From positions 1 to 55,510 of the forward strand of contig JACOXD010000007.1 in NCBI GenBank assembly GCA_016176465.1: DNA of 55,510 bases, written 5' to 3'. Below the pieces are notes generated by a model. It made no database searches and was not told the DNA's origin. It saw only the letters and a program-made list of their open reading frames with translations. Made by a program: the position numbers and the translations under genes. Each line of letters starts with the position of its first letter. Position 1 is the stretch's first letter. Below are positions 23,593 to 31,829 of the stretch, piece after piece. The stretch comes from Candidatus Daviesbacteria bacterium (lineage in GTDB: Bacteria > Patescibacteriota > Microgenomatia > Daviesbacterales > UBA10151).

Positions 23593-24255
23593 TCAGGATT
23601 TATTCAGCACTACTACCTGGGGCTCATCTGGTAGTTTCTCTTTGGTAATGGAAAATTTGCTTATGGGCTCTATCCCTTCTTTTCCCATCTGTTTTAAAAA
23701 CAACTCTACTTTATCTAAGGGAAATTTTAAACCATCAATCCAATAATGCATGGGAATAATTATTTTAGGTTCCAGTTGAGAAACAACTTGAGTTGCCTCC
23801 TCTGCAGAAATAGTGTAAATAGAGCCAACAGGAATAAGTAAGATATCTGTCAGGCCAATTTGCGCCACCTGCTCTTCTTCTAAAACATGTCCCAAATCTC
23901 CCAGATGAACTACATTTAATCCATCAATTTCTATATTGTAGACGGTATTTAATCCTCTTTCAGAACCTTTAGATTTATCATGAAAGACGGAAACTCCATT
24001 TACTGTAACTGCGGAAATCTCATACTCCCCAGGACCTGCAATCTTAATGGGATCTCCCGTCACTGCACCTAAATTGGAATGATCAAGGTGGTCATGAGTT
24101 TTTATAGCAATATTAGCCTCCATATCCTTCGGTAGTTTCAACCCCGTAAATTCCAGATCAAAGGGGTCAATAATAACACTGGCTTGTTTTCCCTTTAGTT
24201 TAAAACAAGCTTGTCCATACCAATAGATATCCATATAGCTTAAAGATTCTAACAA
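23593..24255 (-). CDS. MBL-fold metal-dependent hydrolase (UPF0173-like)
   Basis: IYWYGQACFKLK start and HxHxDH motif (THDHLDH). Confidence 0.75.
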   Translation of the reverse strand: MLESLSYMDIYWYGQACFKLKGKQASVIIDPFDLEFTGLKLPKDMEANIAIKTHDHLDHSNLGAVTGDPIKIAGPGEYEISAVTVNGVSVFHDKSKGSERGLNTVYNIEIDGLNVVHLGDLGHVLEEEQVAQIGLTDILLIPVGSIYTISAEEATQVVSQLEPKIIIPMHYWIDGLKFPLDKVELFLKQMGKEGIEPISKFSITKEKLPDEPQVVVLNKS

Positions 24256-24375
24256 ATGGTTGAAATACTCACAAGATATAGATTATAGTTAGAAACTAAT
24301 ATAGCTATAAAGCGGACTAGAGAACTGGCTAACTGGATTATATTCTAATTCGCTAATTAGCTAATTCGCTTATTC

Positions 24376-24804
24376 ATGGTAAATAGACTCTCTGCAAAAT
24401 CTTTTGTTTTATCTCAGCTGGGAATTTTAATAGTTAGCTTGGTATTTTTAGGTACACTATATTATTTTTTAAATCAAGACAATTTTTTAAAAAGCGCCAT
24501 AGAGGACTACTTGCCTGTTACAACAAGGCCTCTTAGTTTCACTCTGGATCTTAATAGCCCTGAGGATGAGTTGTTAACGTTTGAAAAGACTATTTTAATT
24601 GCCGGTAAAACCTCCCCTTTTTCTACTGTTATTATTACCTCAAGCAATAATGATGTAGGGCTGGAGGCTAATTCCCAGGGTGAGTTTTCTAACTCTTTTG
24701 AACTTACTGAGGGGTTAAATCTAATAACTGTAGCTTCCTTTGATAAAGATGGAAATGCCAAATCTTTAACTAGGAGTATTTATTACTCTAAGGAAGAGAT
24801 ATGA
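24376..24804 (+). CDS. membrane-anchored hypothetical protein
   Basis: N-terminal TM. Overlaps the next gene by ATGA. Confidence 0.45.
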   Translation: MVNRLSAKSFVLSQLGILIVSLVFLGTLYYFLNQDNFLKSAIEDYLPVTTRPLSFTLDLNSPEDELLTFEKTILIAGKTSPFSTVIITSSNNDVGLEANSQGEFSNSFELTEGLNLITVASFDKDGNAKSLTRSIYYSKEEI

Positions 24805-25541
24805 GGAACAAGTATATAGTATTTAGTATCTTGTATATAGGTGTCTTGGTTTTTCTTTCTTTCCCTGTTTTTGCCCAAGAGGCGACTAAATCTGCTTCTC
24901 CTTCCAGTTCCTTAATAGAAAAGTTAAATCAGCTTAAAGCAGAAATAGCCTCCAAGGCCTCCCAATTAAAAAAAGAGGTCAACAAAAAATTAGAAAATAA
25001 AGCAATTGCAGGGGTTATAGATAGTATTACTGATGATCAAATAAATCTTGCCACTAAAAATGGCAATAAAACCATAGTTTTAAACGAGTACACAATTTTT
25101 GAAATAAATGAAAGGGATGTAGATTTAGAAGACTTTAAGGAGGAAGAATATATTGTGGCATTGGGAGATTTTGACGATAAAGAAAACTTGGTAGCTAAAA
25201 AGGTTATTAAGCTGGATGAGGAGGATTACTCTCCTAAAGAGATTGTTTGGGGACAGATACAATCTCTTTCCCCTTTAAGTTTAATATTAAGAAATAAAGA
25301 TCATAAGGATTTAAACATCTTAATAAATAGAAACACAAGTTATTATCTCGGGCCAGATGAGATAACTTATTCCCAAATTAACAGTAAAACTTTTGCTGCG
25401 CTAACAGGGCAGTTAAATGAGGATCAATCTATAAGGGCAGGATTTATTTATATTATTCCCTCGGGAGGGATTTTAAAAAGCAACAAACCTAAAGTCCCAT
25501 CCCCTGTTGCAACTTCTTCTTTTTCTTCATTGCCAAAGTAA
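24801..25541 (+). CDS. secreted hypothetical protein
   Basis: Signal-peptide-like N-terminus (YIVFSILYIGVLVFLSFPVFAQE). No family recognised. Confidence 0.45.
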   Translation: MRNKYIVFSILYIGVLVFLSFPVFAQEATKSASPSSSLIEKLNQLKAEIASKASQLKKEVNKKLENKAIAGVIDSITDDQINLATKNGNKTIVLNEYTIFEINERDVDLEDFKEEEYIVALGDFDDKENLVAKKVIKLDEEDYSPKEIVWGQIQSLSPLSLILRNKDHKDLNILINRNTSYYLGPDEITYSQINSKTFAALTGQLNEDQSIRAGFIYIIPSGGILKSNKPKVPSPVATSSFSSLPK

Positions 25542-25549
25542 AAGTAATT

Positions 25550-25605
25550 TAGCTTGACAACTCGGGGTTGGAAGTTAAAAAAAAGGGTTGGAAGTTAAAA
25601 AAAAG
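25550..25605 (+). repeat. solo type-2 REP-like element plus perfect 20-bp tandem duplication
   Basis: 25550..25573 matches the RAYT2-flanking 24-mer 23/24. GGTTGGAAGTTAAAAAAAAG occurs twice in tandem (25566..25585, 25586..25605). Confidence 0.8.
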
Positions 25606-25624
25606 TTAAATTTCTTTAAAAAAT

Positions 25625-25652
25625 TTGACAAAAGTTTTGGATGTGATATAAT
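25625..25652 (+). promoter_or_regulatory. near-consensus promoter TTGACA-16 nt-TATAAT with TG extension
   Basis: TTGACA 25625..25630; TGATATAAT 25644..25652. Confidence 0.5.
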
Positions 25653-25676
25653 AATTATTACCTTTTGAAAAATTTT

Positions 25677-25698
25677 AAGACCCGCAAGGGTCTTTTTT
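25677..25698 (+). terminator. intrinsic terminator AAGACCC-GCAA-GGGTCTT-TTTT
   Basis: Perfect 7-bp stem, GCAA loop and T-run, read directly. Confidence 0.75.
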
Positions 25699-25731
25699 AA
25701 TGCTTTATCGGTTTATCTAAATAACCCATAG

Positions 25732-25759
25732 TTGACAATTAGAAAAATTCTGCTATACT
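25732..25759 (+). promoter_or_regulatory. near-consensus promoter TTGACA-16 nt-TATACT
   Basis: TTGACA 25732..25737; TATACT 25754..25759. Confidence 0.5.
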
Positions 25760-25789
25760 ATTATTTACAATTTAATATTTAAAAGCGTT

Positions 25790-25970
25790 TGTATTGGAGT
25801 CACGATCCAAAATTCCAGTCTAACTGGATACGCTGAGGGCCAAATACCCTACAGAAAGTAGAGGCTGTAAAAAGACTTACAACGGTGTCACTAAACTAGC
25901 GGAGCCGACTGAGAGGTCCGATGAGAAACATATCGGACAACAAGGATGGGACCGCGGGAGCGGTTTTTTA
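25790..25970 (+). ncRNA. unidentified structured RNA (about 180-200 nt) ending in its own terminator
   Basis: About 48% G+C by hand count over 25791..25970, against very AT-rich flanks. No ORF. Several local hairpins: TCCAGT-CTA-ACTGGA, CTAC-AGAAA-GTAG and GTCCGAT-GAGAAACAT-ATCGGAC. Possible closing helix GGAGTC/ATCC with GGAT/GAC. Terminator ACCGC-GGGA-GCGGT-TTTTTT at 25951..25970. Confidence 0.55.
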
Positions 25971-26012
25971 TTGCAAAGCAAGAGCTTAGCTCATTTTTTA
26001 AAAGACCCAAAG

Positions 26013-26097
26013 CTCTCGTTCCTTACTCATCATGATTCATGTACCAAAAAGGTGCGTGACTAGAAATCCATGGTGGGTAAAGAACGGGAGTTTTTTT
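26013..26097 (+). terminator. very long hairpin (22 bp, 1 mismatch, 3 G-U) followed by T7: terminator/attenuator-like leader structure
   Basis: CTCTCGTTCCTTACTCATCATG (26013..26034) pairs with CATGGTGGGTAAAGAACGGGAG (26069..26090), then TTTTTTT 26091..26097, 41 nt before the ATG at 26139. Confidence 0.55.
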
Positions 26098-26138
26098 ATG
26101 GAAGAAAGATTATTAAATTTCTATGAGGAGGAATCATT

Positions 26139-27260
26139 ATGAGACCAGAATGTATAACTAATGGCAGGGCATTTTTTGCTCAAAAAGAAGAAAGATATCA
26201 ACAAGAATTTCCTTATATTGCTCAAGGACAGTCTTGGATGGCTAAAATGAGACATAGATATTCTCCTGATAATTTTCCCTTAAATTTGACACAACTAAAG
26301 CTTCTAAGGAAGGCCGGTCAATTAGTAGGAAGTTATTTAACCCAAAGTTTGCCTCAATCAACTTTTGCAGAGTTTAGAGTAGACTTTATTTTAGACCAGT
26401 CAGGGAAACCATGGATTGCTGAAATTCAAACAGACGACAGAGGGTTACCAGCGGTTGCCTTGGCAAGGAATGCACGAGGCTTAGCTCAACCTGAGTTACT
26501 TCCAGGGGTGATTACTTCTTTCCTATCAAGTTTGAAGCAAATAACTAATAAACCATCACCTAGAGTTACAATTGTTTATCCGGACCAAGATTATTTTTAT
26601 TATGCCGGATTTTACGACTTTGCAAGACTAGCTTGGCCTTATGACCCTAGCGTGGAAATTGAAGTCAGCCCCTCATCTAGAATTAAAGTTTTTTCAAATA
26701 AAGAAATTACCATAGCTTTAGAAATAGAGGGAACTGAAAAGATTTGCGAACCAGACTTGGTATGGGATTTTTCCAACTCTCTTTCTACACTTCCCATTTT
26801 TTTTCAAACACCAATTGATAAAAGTTTGCTTTTAGATATTTGGTCTGCACCTTTCACCTCTTTAAAACTGGACTTAATGGAATTTGTCCCAAGAGTTACA
26901 AATCCAAATAGAAAAAATGTACGTTCCAATAAGGATAACTGGATGTTAAAACCAATAAGCGGGAAATGGAGCAAAGGAGTAATATTTGGATTTAGAACAA
27001 CCCAAAGTCAGTGGAAATTTGCAATAGAAACCACCCCTCAACTAATAGCTCAACAGTTCATAGAGCCATCCGAACAATGGTTCTATGTTAGAAGAAAAAA
27101 TGGCAATTTCGAGGAATTAGCATTCTTTCCAAGAGTCGAAGGATACTACTTTTTTGATAACTCAACATGGAGATTAGGTGATATTTTAGCAACTTGTACA
27201 GAAAACTTTCCTGTTCATGGAAAGAGAGATTGCATCATGATCCCAGCGGAAATAAGATAG
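26139..27260 (+). CDS. ATP-grasp-like protein of unknown specificity
   Basis: 373 aa with SD GAGGAGG at 26125..26131. FRVDFILDQSGKPWIAEIQTDDRG and WMLKPISGKWSKGVIFG resemble ATP-grasp/GSP-synthetase-type nucleotide-binding blocks. Weak, motif-level only. Confidence 0.4.
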   Translation: MRPECITNGRAFFAQKEERYQQEFPYIAQGQSWMAKMRHRYSPDNFPLNLTQLKLLRKAGQLVGSYLTQSLPQSTFAEFRVDFILDQSGKPWIAEIQTDDRGLPAVALARNARGLAQPELLPGVITSFLSSLKQITNKPSPRVTIVYPDQDYFYYAGFYDFARLAWPYDPSVEIEVSPSSRIKVFSNKEITIALEIEGTEKICEPDLVWDFSNSLSTLPIFFQTPIDKSLLLDIWSAPFTSLKLDLMEFVPRVTNPNRKNVRSNKDNWMLKPISGKWSKGVIFGFRTTQSQWKFAIETTPQLIAQQFIEPSEQWFYVRRKNGNFEELAFFPRVEGYYFFDNSTWRLGDILATCTENFPVHGKRDCIMIPAEIR

Positions 27261-27297
27261 TTGGTAATAACAAAAAGTGATACACTGAGGAAAATTT

Positions 27298-28512
27298 ATG
27301 AAAACACAAACACCTAAGGGATTTAGAGATTTTTTACCAAAAGACGCTCTTAAGCGTAAGTTTTTGTTGGATAAAATTATAGAGGTTTTTGAGAGGTTTG
27401 GCTTTGATCCTTTAGAGACTCCCACTTTAGAGTTTGAAGAAACTTTAGCTGGTAAATATGGTGAGGAGGAAAAATTAATTTATAAATTTGAAACACGAGG
27501 CGGAGATAAAGTAGCCCTAAAGTATGACCAAACAGTTCCTTTAGCTAGAGTTGTAGCTCAATATGGTCCAAATGGGCAACAAGTTTTACCTATTCCTTTT
27601 AAGAGATATCAAATTCAAGCAGCTTACAGAGGGGAAAATCCTCAAGCTGGAAGGTATCGAGAGTTTTTGCAATGTGACGCTGATATAGTTGGAGTTTCCA
27701 ACTCCTTGGTTGATGCTGAGCTTTTATCTTTAATGTATGAAATTTACCTGAATTTAGGATTGGATGTGGTGATAAAAATAAATGATAGAAGTTTACTTAA
27801 AGGTATTGAGCCAAAATTTTTATCTACTATAGATAAATTAAATAAAATTAATGATACTGGTGTTTTAAAAGAATTAGAAGAAAAGGGATTAAGCAAAGAC
27901 AAAGCACTTGAATTGTTAAATAAAGTAAAAAACTTAAAACCTACTGCAAATTTAAAAGAAACTCAAATCTTATATTTTAAAATGGGATATCCTAAGGATT
28001 CGCTAAAATTTGATCCTACACTAATTAGAGGTTTAGACTATTATACAGGGATAATCATGGAAGTTGTTTTAAAATCAGATCCATTATCTCTATCCCTTTG
28101 TGGAGGTGGTAGATATGATGAAATGATTGGCAAGTTTTCTGGAGTAGATTTACCGGCCAATGGGTTTTCTATTGGACTGGAGCGAACAATGAATGCTATG
28201 GCAAAACAAGGCTTATTAGATACCCCACCTACTAATACCAAAGTATTGGTTACCCTATTTTCTCCAGAGTTAATTCAAAAATCACTGGAGGTTACTTCAA
28301 ATTTGCGCAAAGAAGATATTACAACTGAGATTTGGCTAGACCCAGGGGCAAAATTGGAAAAACAATTAAAGTACGCTGATACTAAAGGGATTCCTTATGT
28401 AATAATTATTGGTCCTGAGGAAATAAAAAATAAAAAAGTAATGGTAAAAGATTTAAAAAAGAAAACCCAGGAATCTATCTCCCAACCTAATCTTCTTGAT
28501 GCGATTAGCTAA
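27298..28512 (+). CDS. hisS: histidine--tRNA ligase
   Basis: PKGFRDFLP, a class-II motif 2 region (YRGENPQAGRYREFLQCDADIVG), GGGRYD and a C-terminal anticodon-binding domain. Confidence 0.9.
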   Translation: MKTQTPKGFRDFLPKDALKRKFLLDKIIEVFERFGFDPLETPTLEFEETLAGKYGEEEKLIYKFETRGGDKVALKYDQTVPLARVVAQYGPNGQQVLPIPFKRYQIQAAYRGENPQAGRYREFLQCDADIVGVSNSLVDAELLSLMYEIYLNLGLDVVIKINDRSLLKGIEPKFLSTIDKLNKINDTGVLKELEEKGLSKDKALELLNKVKNLKPTANLKETQILYFKMGYPKDSLKFDPTLIRGLDYYTGIIMEVVLKSDPLSLSLCGGGRYDEMIGKFSGVDLPANGFSIGLERTMNAMAKQGLLDTPPTNTKVLVTLFSPELIQKSLEVTSNLRKEDITTEIWLDPGAKLEKQLKYADTKGIPYVIIIGPEEIKNKKVMVKDLKKKTQESISQPNLLDAIS

Positions 28513-28534
28513 ACACTCTACAATAAATTATTAG

Positions 28535-29482
28535 ATGAAGTTAGGAAAACATTTTGCTACCCTACTTCCCTATTTAGCTTTGCTACTGGCCCATCTTATT
28601 TGGGGAGCAAATTTTGTTGTGGCTAAATTTGCTTTAAATGAATTTCCTATTATGAGTTTATCTTTCTTAAGATTTTCTCTAGCATGTTTACTAATAGCTC
28701 CATTTTTAATTAACTTAAAATCAAGAGAAACTTTTATAAGGTATAAAGATGTACCACTACTTTTTGTCTTTGGAATTACATCGATTACTTTATCATTGGT
28801 CTTTTTTTATGAAGGTTTACAAAGAACTACAGCTATTAATGCCTCTGTTTTAAGCTTAATTGTTCCAGTTTTTTCTGTTTTAGCAGGCTGGTGGTTTTTT
28901 AAAGAAAAAGTTTTTATTGTAAATTTATTTGGTATTTTTTTTGGACTTTTAGGTGGAGTAGTAATTTTAGGACTCCCTTTAATATTTTTAGGCAGTTTTT
29001 CAACAAATACTTTAGTGGGAGACTTATTAATTTTAATGGCAGGAATTTTTGGAGTAATAGGAGGTATTTTTTCTATCAGGGTTTTAAAAAAATATACAGT
29101 GGTAGTTGCAACAGGAGTAGCATTTTTGGTGGGAGTACTCACTTTTTTAATTCCTGCTACCAAAGATTATTTATATAACCCTGGCTGGATATCTGCTGTA
29201 ACAATTTTAGGTTTCTTAAGTTTACTTTATATAACAATTCTCTCTACCATCGTGGCATTTTTTCTTTACAATTGGGGCTTAGTCCGCAAGGGTATAGTTA
29301 AAGCTAATCTTTTTGTCTATATCGAGCCGGCTGTGGCAGCTACTCTGGCTGTTTTTATTTTGAGCGAGAGAATTTCATTCTCTTTTATTATTGGTACTAT
29401 TTTAATAGTTTTAGGAGTTTACTGGGGAACTTTAGGAAAACCCCATCATCAACAGTTACAACACAGACATCATAGAATTTAG
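28535..29482 (+). CDS. DMT-superfamily (EamA-like) transporter
   Basis: Ten hydrophobic segments in two EamA-like halves. Confidence 0.75.
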   Translation: MKLGKHFATLLPYLALLLAHLIWGANFVVAKFALNEFPIMSLSFLRFSLACLLIAPFLINLKSRETFIRYKDVPLLFVFGITSITLSLVFFYEGLQRTTAINASVLSLIVPVFSVLAGWWFFKEKVFIVNLFGIFFGLLGGVVILGLPLIFLGSFSTNTLVGDLLILMAGIFGVIGGIFSIRVLKKYTVVVATGVAFLVGVLTFLIPATKDYLYNPGWISAVTILGFLSLLYITILSTIVAFFLYNWGLVRKGIVKANLFVYIEPAVAATLAVFILSERISFSFIIGTILIVLGVYWGTLGKPHHQQLQHRHHRI

Positions 29483-29543
29483 TTTGGCATTTTCGCACCA
29501 AGCTAACATTATTAATTGCGTAAGTGTAGCGAAAAGCCACTAC
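29483..29543 (-). repeat. palindromic element family X (GTAGTGGYTTTTCGC ... GCGAAAAnnCCAAA), copy 2
   Basis: The reverse complement starts GTAGTGGCTTTTCGCT and ends GCGAAAATGCCAAA. Ends match the copy at 37948..38009; the middle is divergent. Confidence 0.6.
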
Positions 29544-29595
29544 TAAGTTTGTACTATTAATCTATAAAATAAAAGGGTAAAATATCCAGAAGTTT

Positions 29596-31122
29596 ATGAT
29601 TGCTGTACTGGATTTTGGATCACAGTATACCCATTTAATTACCAGACGTTTAAGAGAGCTTGGAACTTACGCAGAAATTTTCCCCCATGATATTTCTACC
29701 AAAGATTTACCAGTAAATATAAAAGGAATTATTTTATCTGGAGGACCAGCTAGCGTCTATGAAAAAGACTCCCCTAGTTTAAAAAAAGAAATTTTAGAAT
29801 CTAATATTCCAATCTTAGGAATTTGTTACGGTCAGCAATTATTAGCTTATCTTTTGGGAGGCAAAATTATACCCGCCAAATCTAGAGAATATGGCAAAAA
29901 AGTAGTTAAAATCAAAGGTGGAGCTTTATATAAAGGCTTAGCTAAAAAAGAAACTGTTTGGTATTCTCATGGAGATACTGTCAAAGAGCTACCGCAAGGA
30001 TTTAAATCCAATGCCTATTCGGGTAATGAGATAGCAGGCTTTGAACATCAATCTAGCGATAAAAAAATTTTTGCCGTTCAATTCCACCCTGAAGTAGCCC
30101 ATACCCAAAATGGTAGCAAAATATTAAAAAATTTCTTAAAGATCTCTGAATCCAAATCAAATTGGAAAATTGAAGATCAAATTAAAGGATTAATCAAAGA
30201 AATAAAGGACAGTATTCAAAATGAGCATTGTCTCATTGGAGTCTCCGGAGGAATAGATTCACTGGTTGCTTCTTTACTTTTACATAAAGCTATTGGACAA
30301 AAACTTTACTCAGTGTTTATTGATACAGGTTTAATGAGAAAGAATGAGGCAGAAGATGTAGAAAGAATTTACTCAAAGCTAAATTTTAAAAATTTTATTT
30401 CAATAGATGCTAAGAACGAATTCTTAAGCGCTTTAAAAGAAATATCGGACCCTGAGGGAAAAAGAAAGGTTATTGGGCACACTTTTATTAGAGTTTTTGA
30501 GAAGGTAGCTTCTAACTTAAAAAAACAAAAAAGGATTAAATTTTTAGCCCAGGGAACAATTTATCCAGATCGGGTCGAGTCCGCCTCCACTTCTAAAACT
30601 TCTCAAAAAATTAAAAGCCACCATAATTTAACTCTCCCTAAAAAATTAAACTTTCAAATTATAGAGCCATTAAGAGAATTTTATAAGGATGAAGTAAGAA
30701 TTTTGGGTAAAAAATTGGGAGTAGCGCCAGAGTTCTTAAATAGACATCCCTTCCCCGGTCCTGGACTGGCTATTCGGGTTTTAGGAGAGATAACTGAGGA
30801 TAAGCTAGACTTATTAAGAGAAGCTGATGCAATTTATATTGAAGAGTTAAAAAAAGCCAGACTTTTAAGTAAAATTTGGCAAGCATTTGCAGCACTAATT
30901 CCTGTTAAAACAGTTGGGGTTATGGGCGATTTACGCACATATGAGTACATTATTTCCCTGCGTGCTGTTACAAGTAAAGATGGTATGACTGCTGATTGGG
31001 CAAAAATCCCACTCCCTATTTTGGAAAAAATCTCAAGCAGAATTATAAATGAAGTTAAAGGAGTTAATAGAGTAGTTTATGATATTACTCAAAAGCCTCC
31101 GGGAACTATAGAGTATGAATAG
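29596..31122 (+). CDS. guaA: GMP synthase (glutamine-hydrolysing)
   Basis: GATase domain (GICYGQQLL, FHPE), ATP-PPase SGGIDS motif and C-terminal dimerisation domain ending PPGTIEYE. Confidence 0.93.
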   Translation: MIAVLDFGSQYTHLITRRLRELGTYAEIFPHDISTKDLPVNIKGIILSGGPASVYEKDSPSLKKEILESNIPILGICYGQQLLAYLLGGKIIPAKSREYGKKVVKIKGGALYKGLAKKETVWYSHGDTVKELPQGFKSNAYSGNEIAGFEHQSSDKKIFAVQFHPEVAHTQNGSKILKNFLKISESKSNWKIEDQIKGLIKEIKDSIQNEHCLIGVSGGIDSLVASLLLHKAIGQKLYSVFIDTGLMRKNEAEDVERIYSKLNFKNFISIDAKNEFLSALKEISDPEGKRKVIGHTFIRVFEKVASNLKKQKRIKFLAQGTIYPDRVESASTSKTSQKIKSHHNLTLPKKLNFQIIEPLREFYKDEVRILGKKLGVAPEFLNRHPFPGPGLAIRVLGEITEDKLDLLREADAIYIEELKKARLLSKIWQAFAALIPVKTVGVMGDLRTYEYIISLRAVTSKDGMTADWAKIPLPILEKISSRIINEVKGVNRVVYDITQKPPGTIEYE

Positions 31123-31369
31123 AGTTTGACTTTAGGAGTATTTATCTGTAAAAATAAAATATGGCCGAAGGATTAGGGACTCCAGAAGGATATACTCCAT
31201 CAGAAGCAGAATTAAAAACATCTGGCTCTCAGTTAGAGGTTCCAAAGGAAATCCGTTCTTAAGATTTGCGCGAGGAACTAAAAATGCCATAACAAGACAA
31301 AGTAAGATAAACTAACTTGATCCTAATACTCAATCCTGATATACTATTAAGCGCTAGAAGGGCTAAAAA

Positions 31370-31696
31370 ATGAAAGCTGATATTCATCCACAATGGTTTG
31401 CTGAGGCTAAAGTTACCTGCGCTTGCGGGAATACTTTTATCACGGGCTCAACAATGCAAACTATTAAAGTAGATATTTGTTCCAACTGTCATCCTCTATT
31501 TACAGGCCAGCAAAAATTAGTAGATACTCTAGGACAAGTTGAGAGATTCCAAAAAAAGTCTGAAAAATCTAGCATTAAAGTAATTGAGCGAAAGAAAATT
31601 TTAGACGCTAGGTCTGCTAAAGTTACCCAAGAGAAAAAAGAAAAACCCTCACTTAAAGATCTTTTAATGCAAGCTCGCAAAAGCGCAGTTTCTTAG
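31370..31696 (+). CDS. rpmE: ribosomal protein L31 with a Lys-rich C-terminal extension
   Basis: MKADIHPQWF...CACGNTF...CSNCHPLFTGQQK. Confidence 0.85.
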   Translation: MKADIHPQWFAEAKVTCACGNTFITGSTMQTIKVDICSNCHPLFTGQQKLVDTLGQVERFQKKSEKSSIKVIERKKILDARSAKVTQEKKEKPSLKDLLMQARKSAVS

Positions 31697-31711
31697 CTAT
31701 TCTCCAGTATT

Positions 31712-31816
31712 GTCATCCTGATCAGGCAAAGCCTGAGAAGGATCTCAAGATTTAGATTCTTCCTCCCTTTTGGGGACCCGGCCTCAGAATGACAGAGGTT
31801 TTTGCCTCAGAATGAC
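31712..31816 (+). repeat. GTCAT...ATGAC nested-palindrome element (82 bp) plus 12-nt duplicated terminus, intergenic copy
   Basis: 31712..31793 has outer arms GTCATCCTGA / TCAGAATGAC and inner arms GAAGGATCT / AGATTCTTC. CCTCAGAATGAC is repeated at 31805..31816. It shares four identical blocks (10+15+11+10 nt) with 42521..42592. Confidence 0.8.
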
Positions 31817-31829
31817 ATATAATATCCAT

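Noticed and set aside
25900-25970. Guanidine-I (ykkC), ZTP or SRP RNA identity for the structured RNA and leader
   Set aside because: Only short partial resemblances were found (CUAGCGGAGCCG..GGUCCGAUGAG..CCGCGGGAG vs ykkC blocks; GUGACUAG..GGUGGG vs ZTP; AGGUCCG vs the SRP helix 8 region). Key conserved nucleotides, the GNRA tetraloop and pseudoknot partners are missing. No call is made without a covariance-model search.
31161-31262. 33-codon ORF MAEGLGTPEGYTPSEAELKTSGSQLEVPKEIRS* between guaA and rpmE
   Set aside because: It is too short, has no recognisable motif or clear SD, and cannot be supported from sequence alone.
31770-31829. Upstream extension of prfA ([20 protein letters not shown])
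   Set aside because: The extension is a translation of the palindromic repeat element and its duplicated terminus. RF1 similarity starts at ATG 31830.
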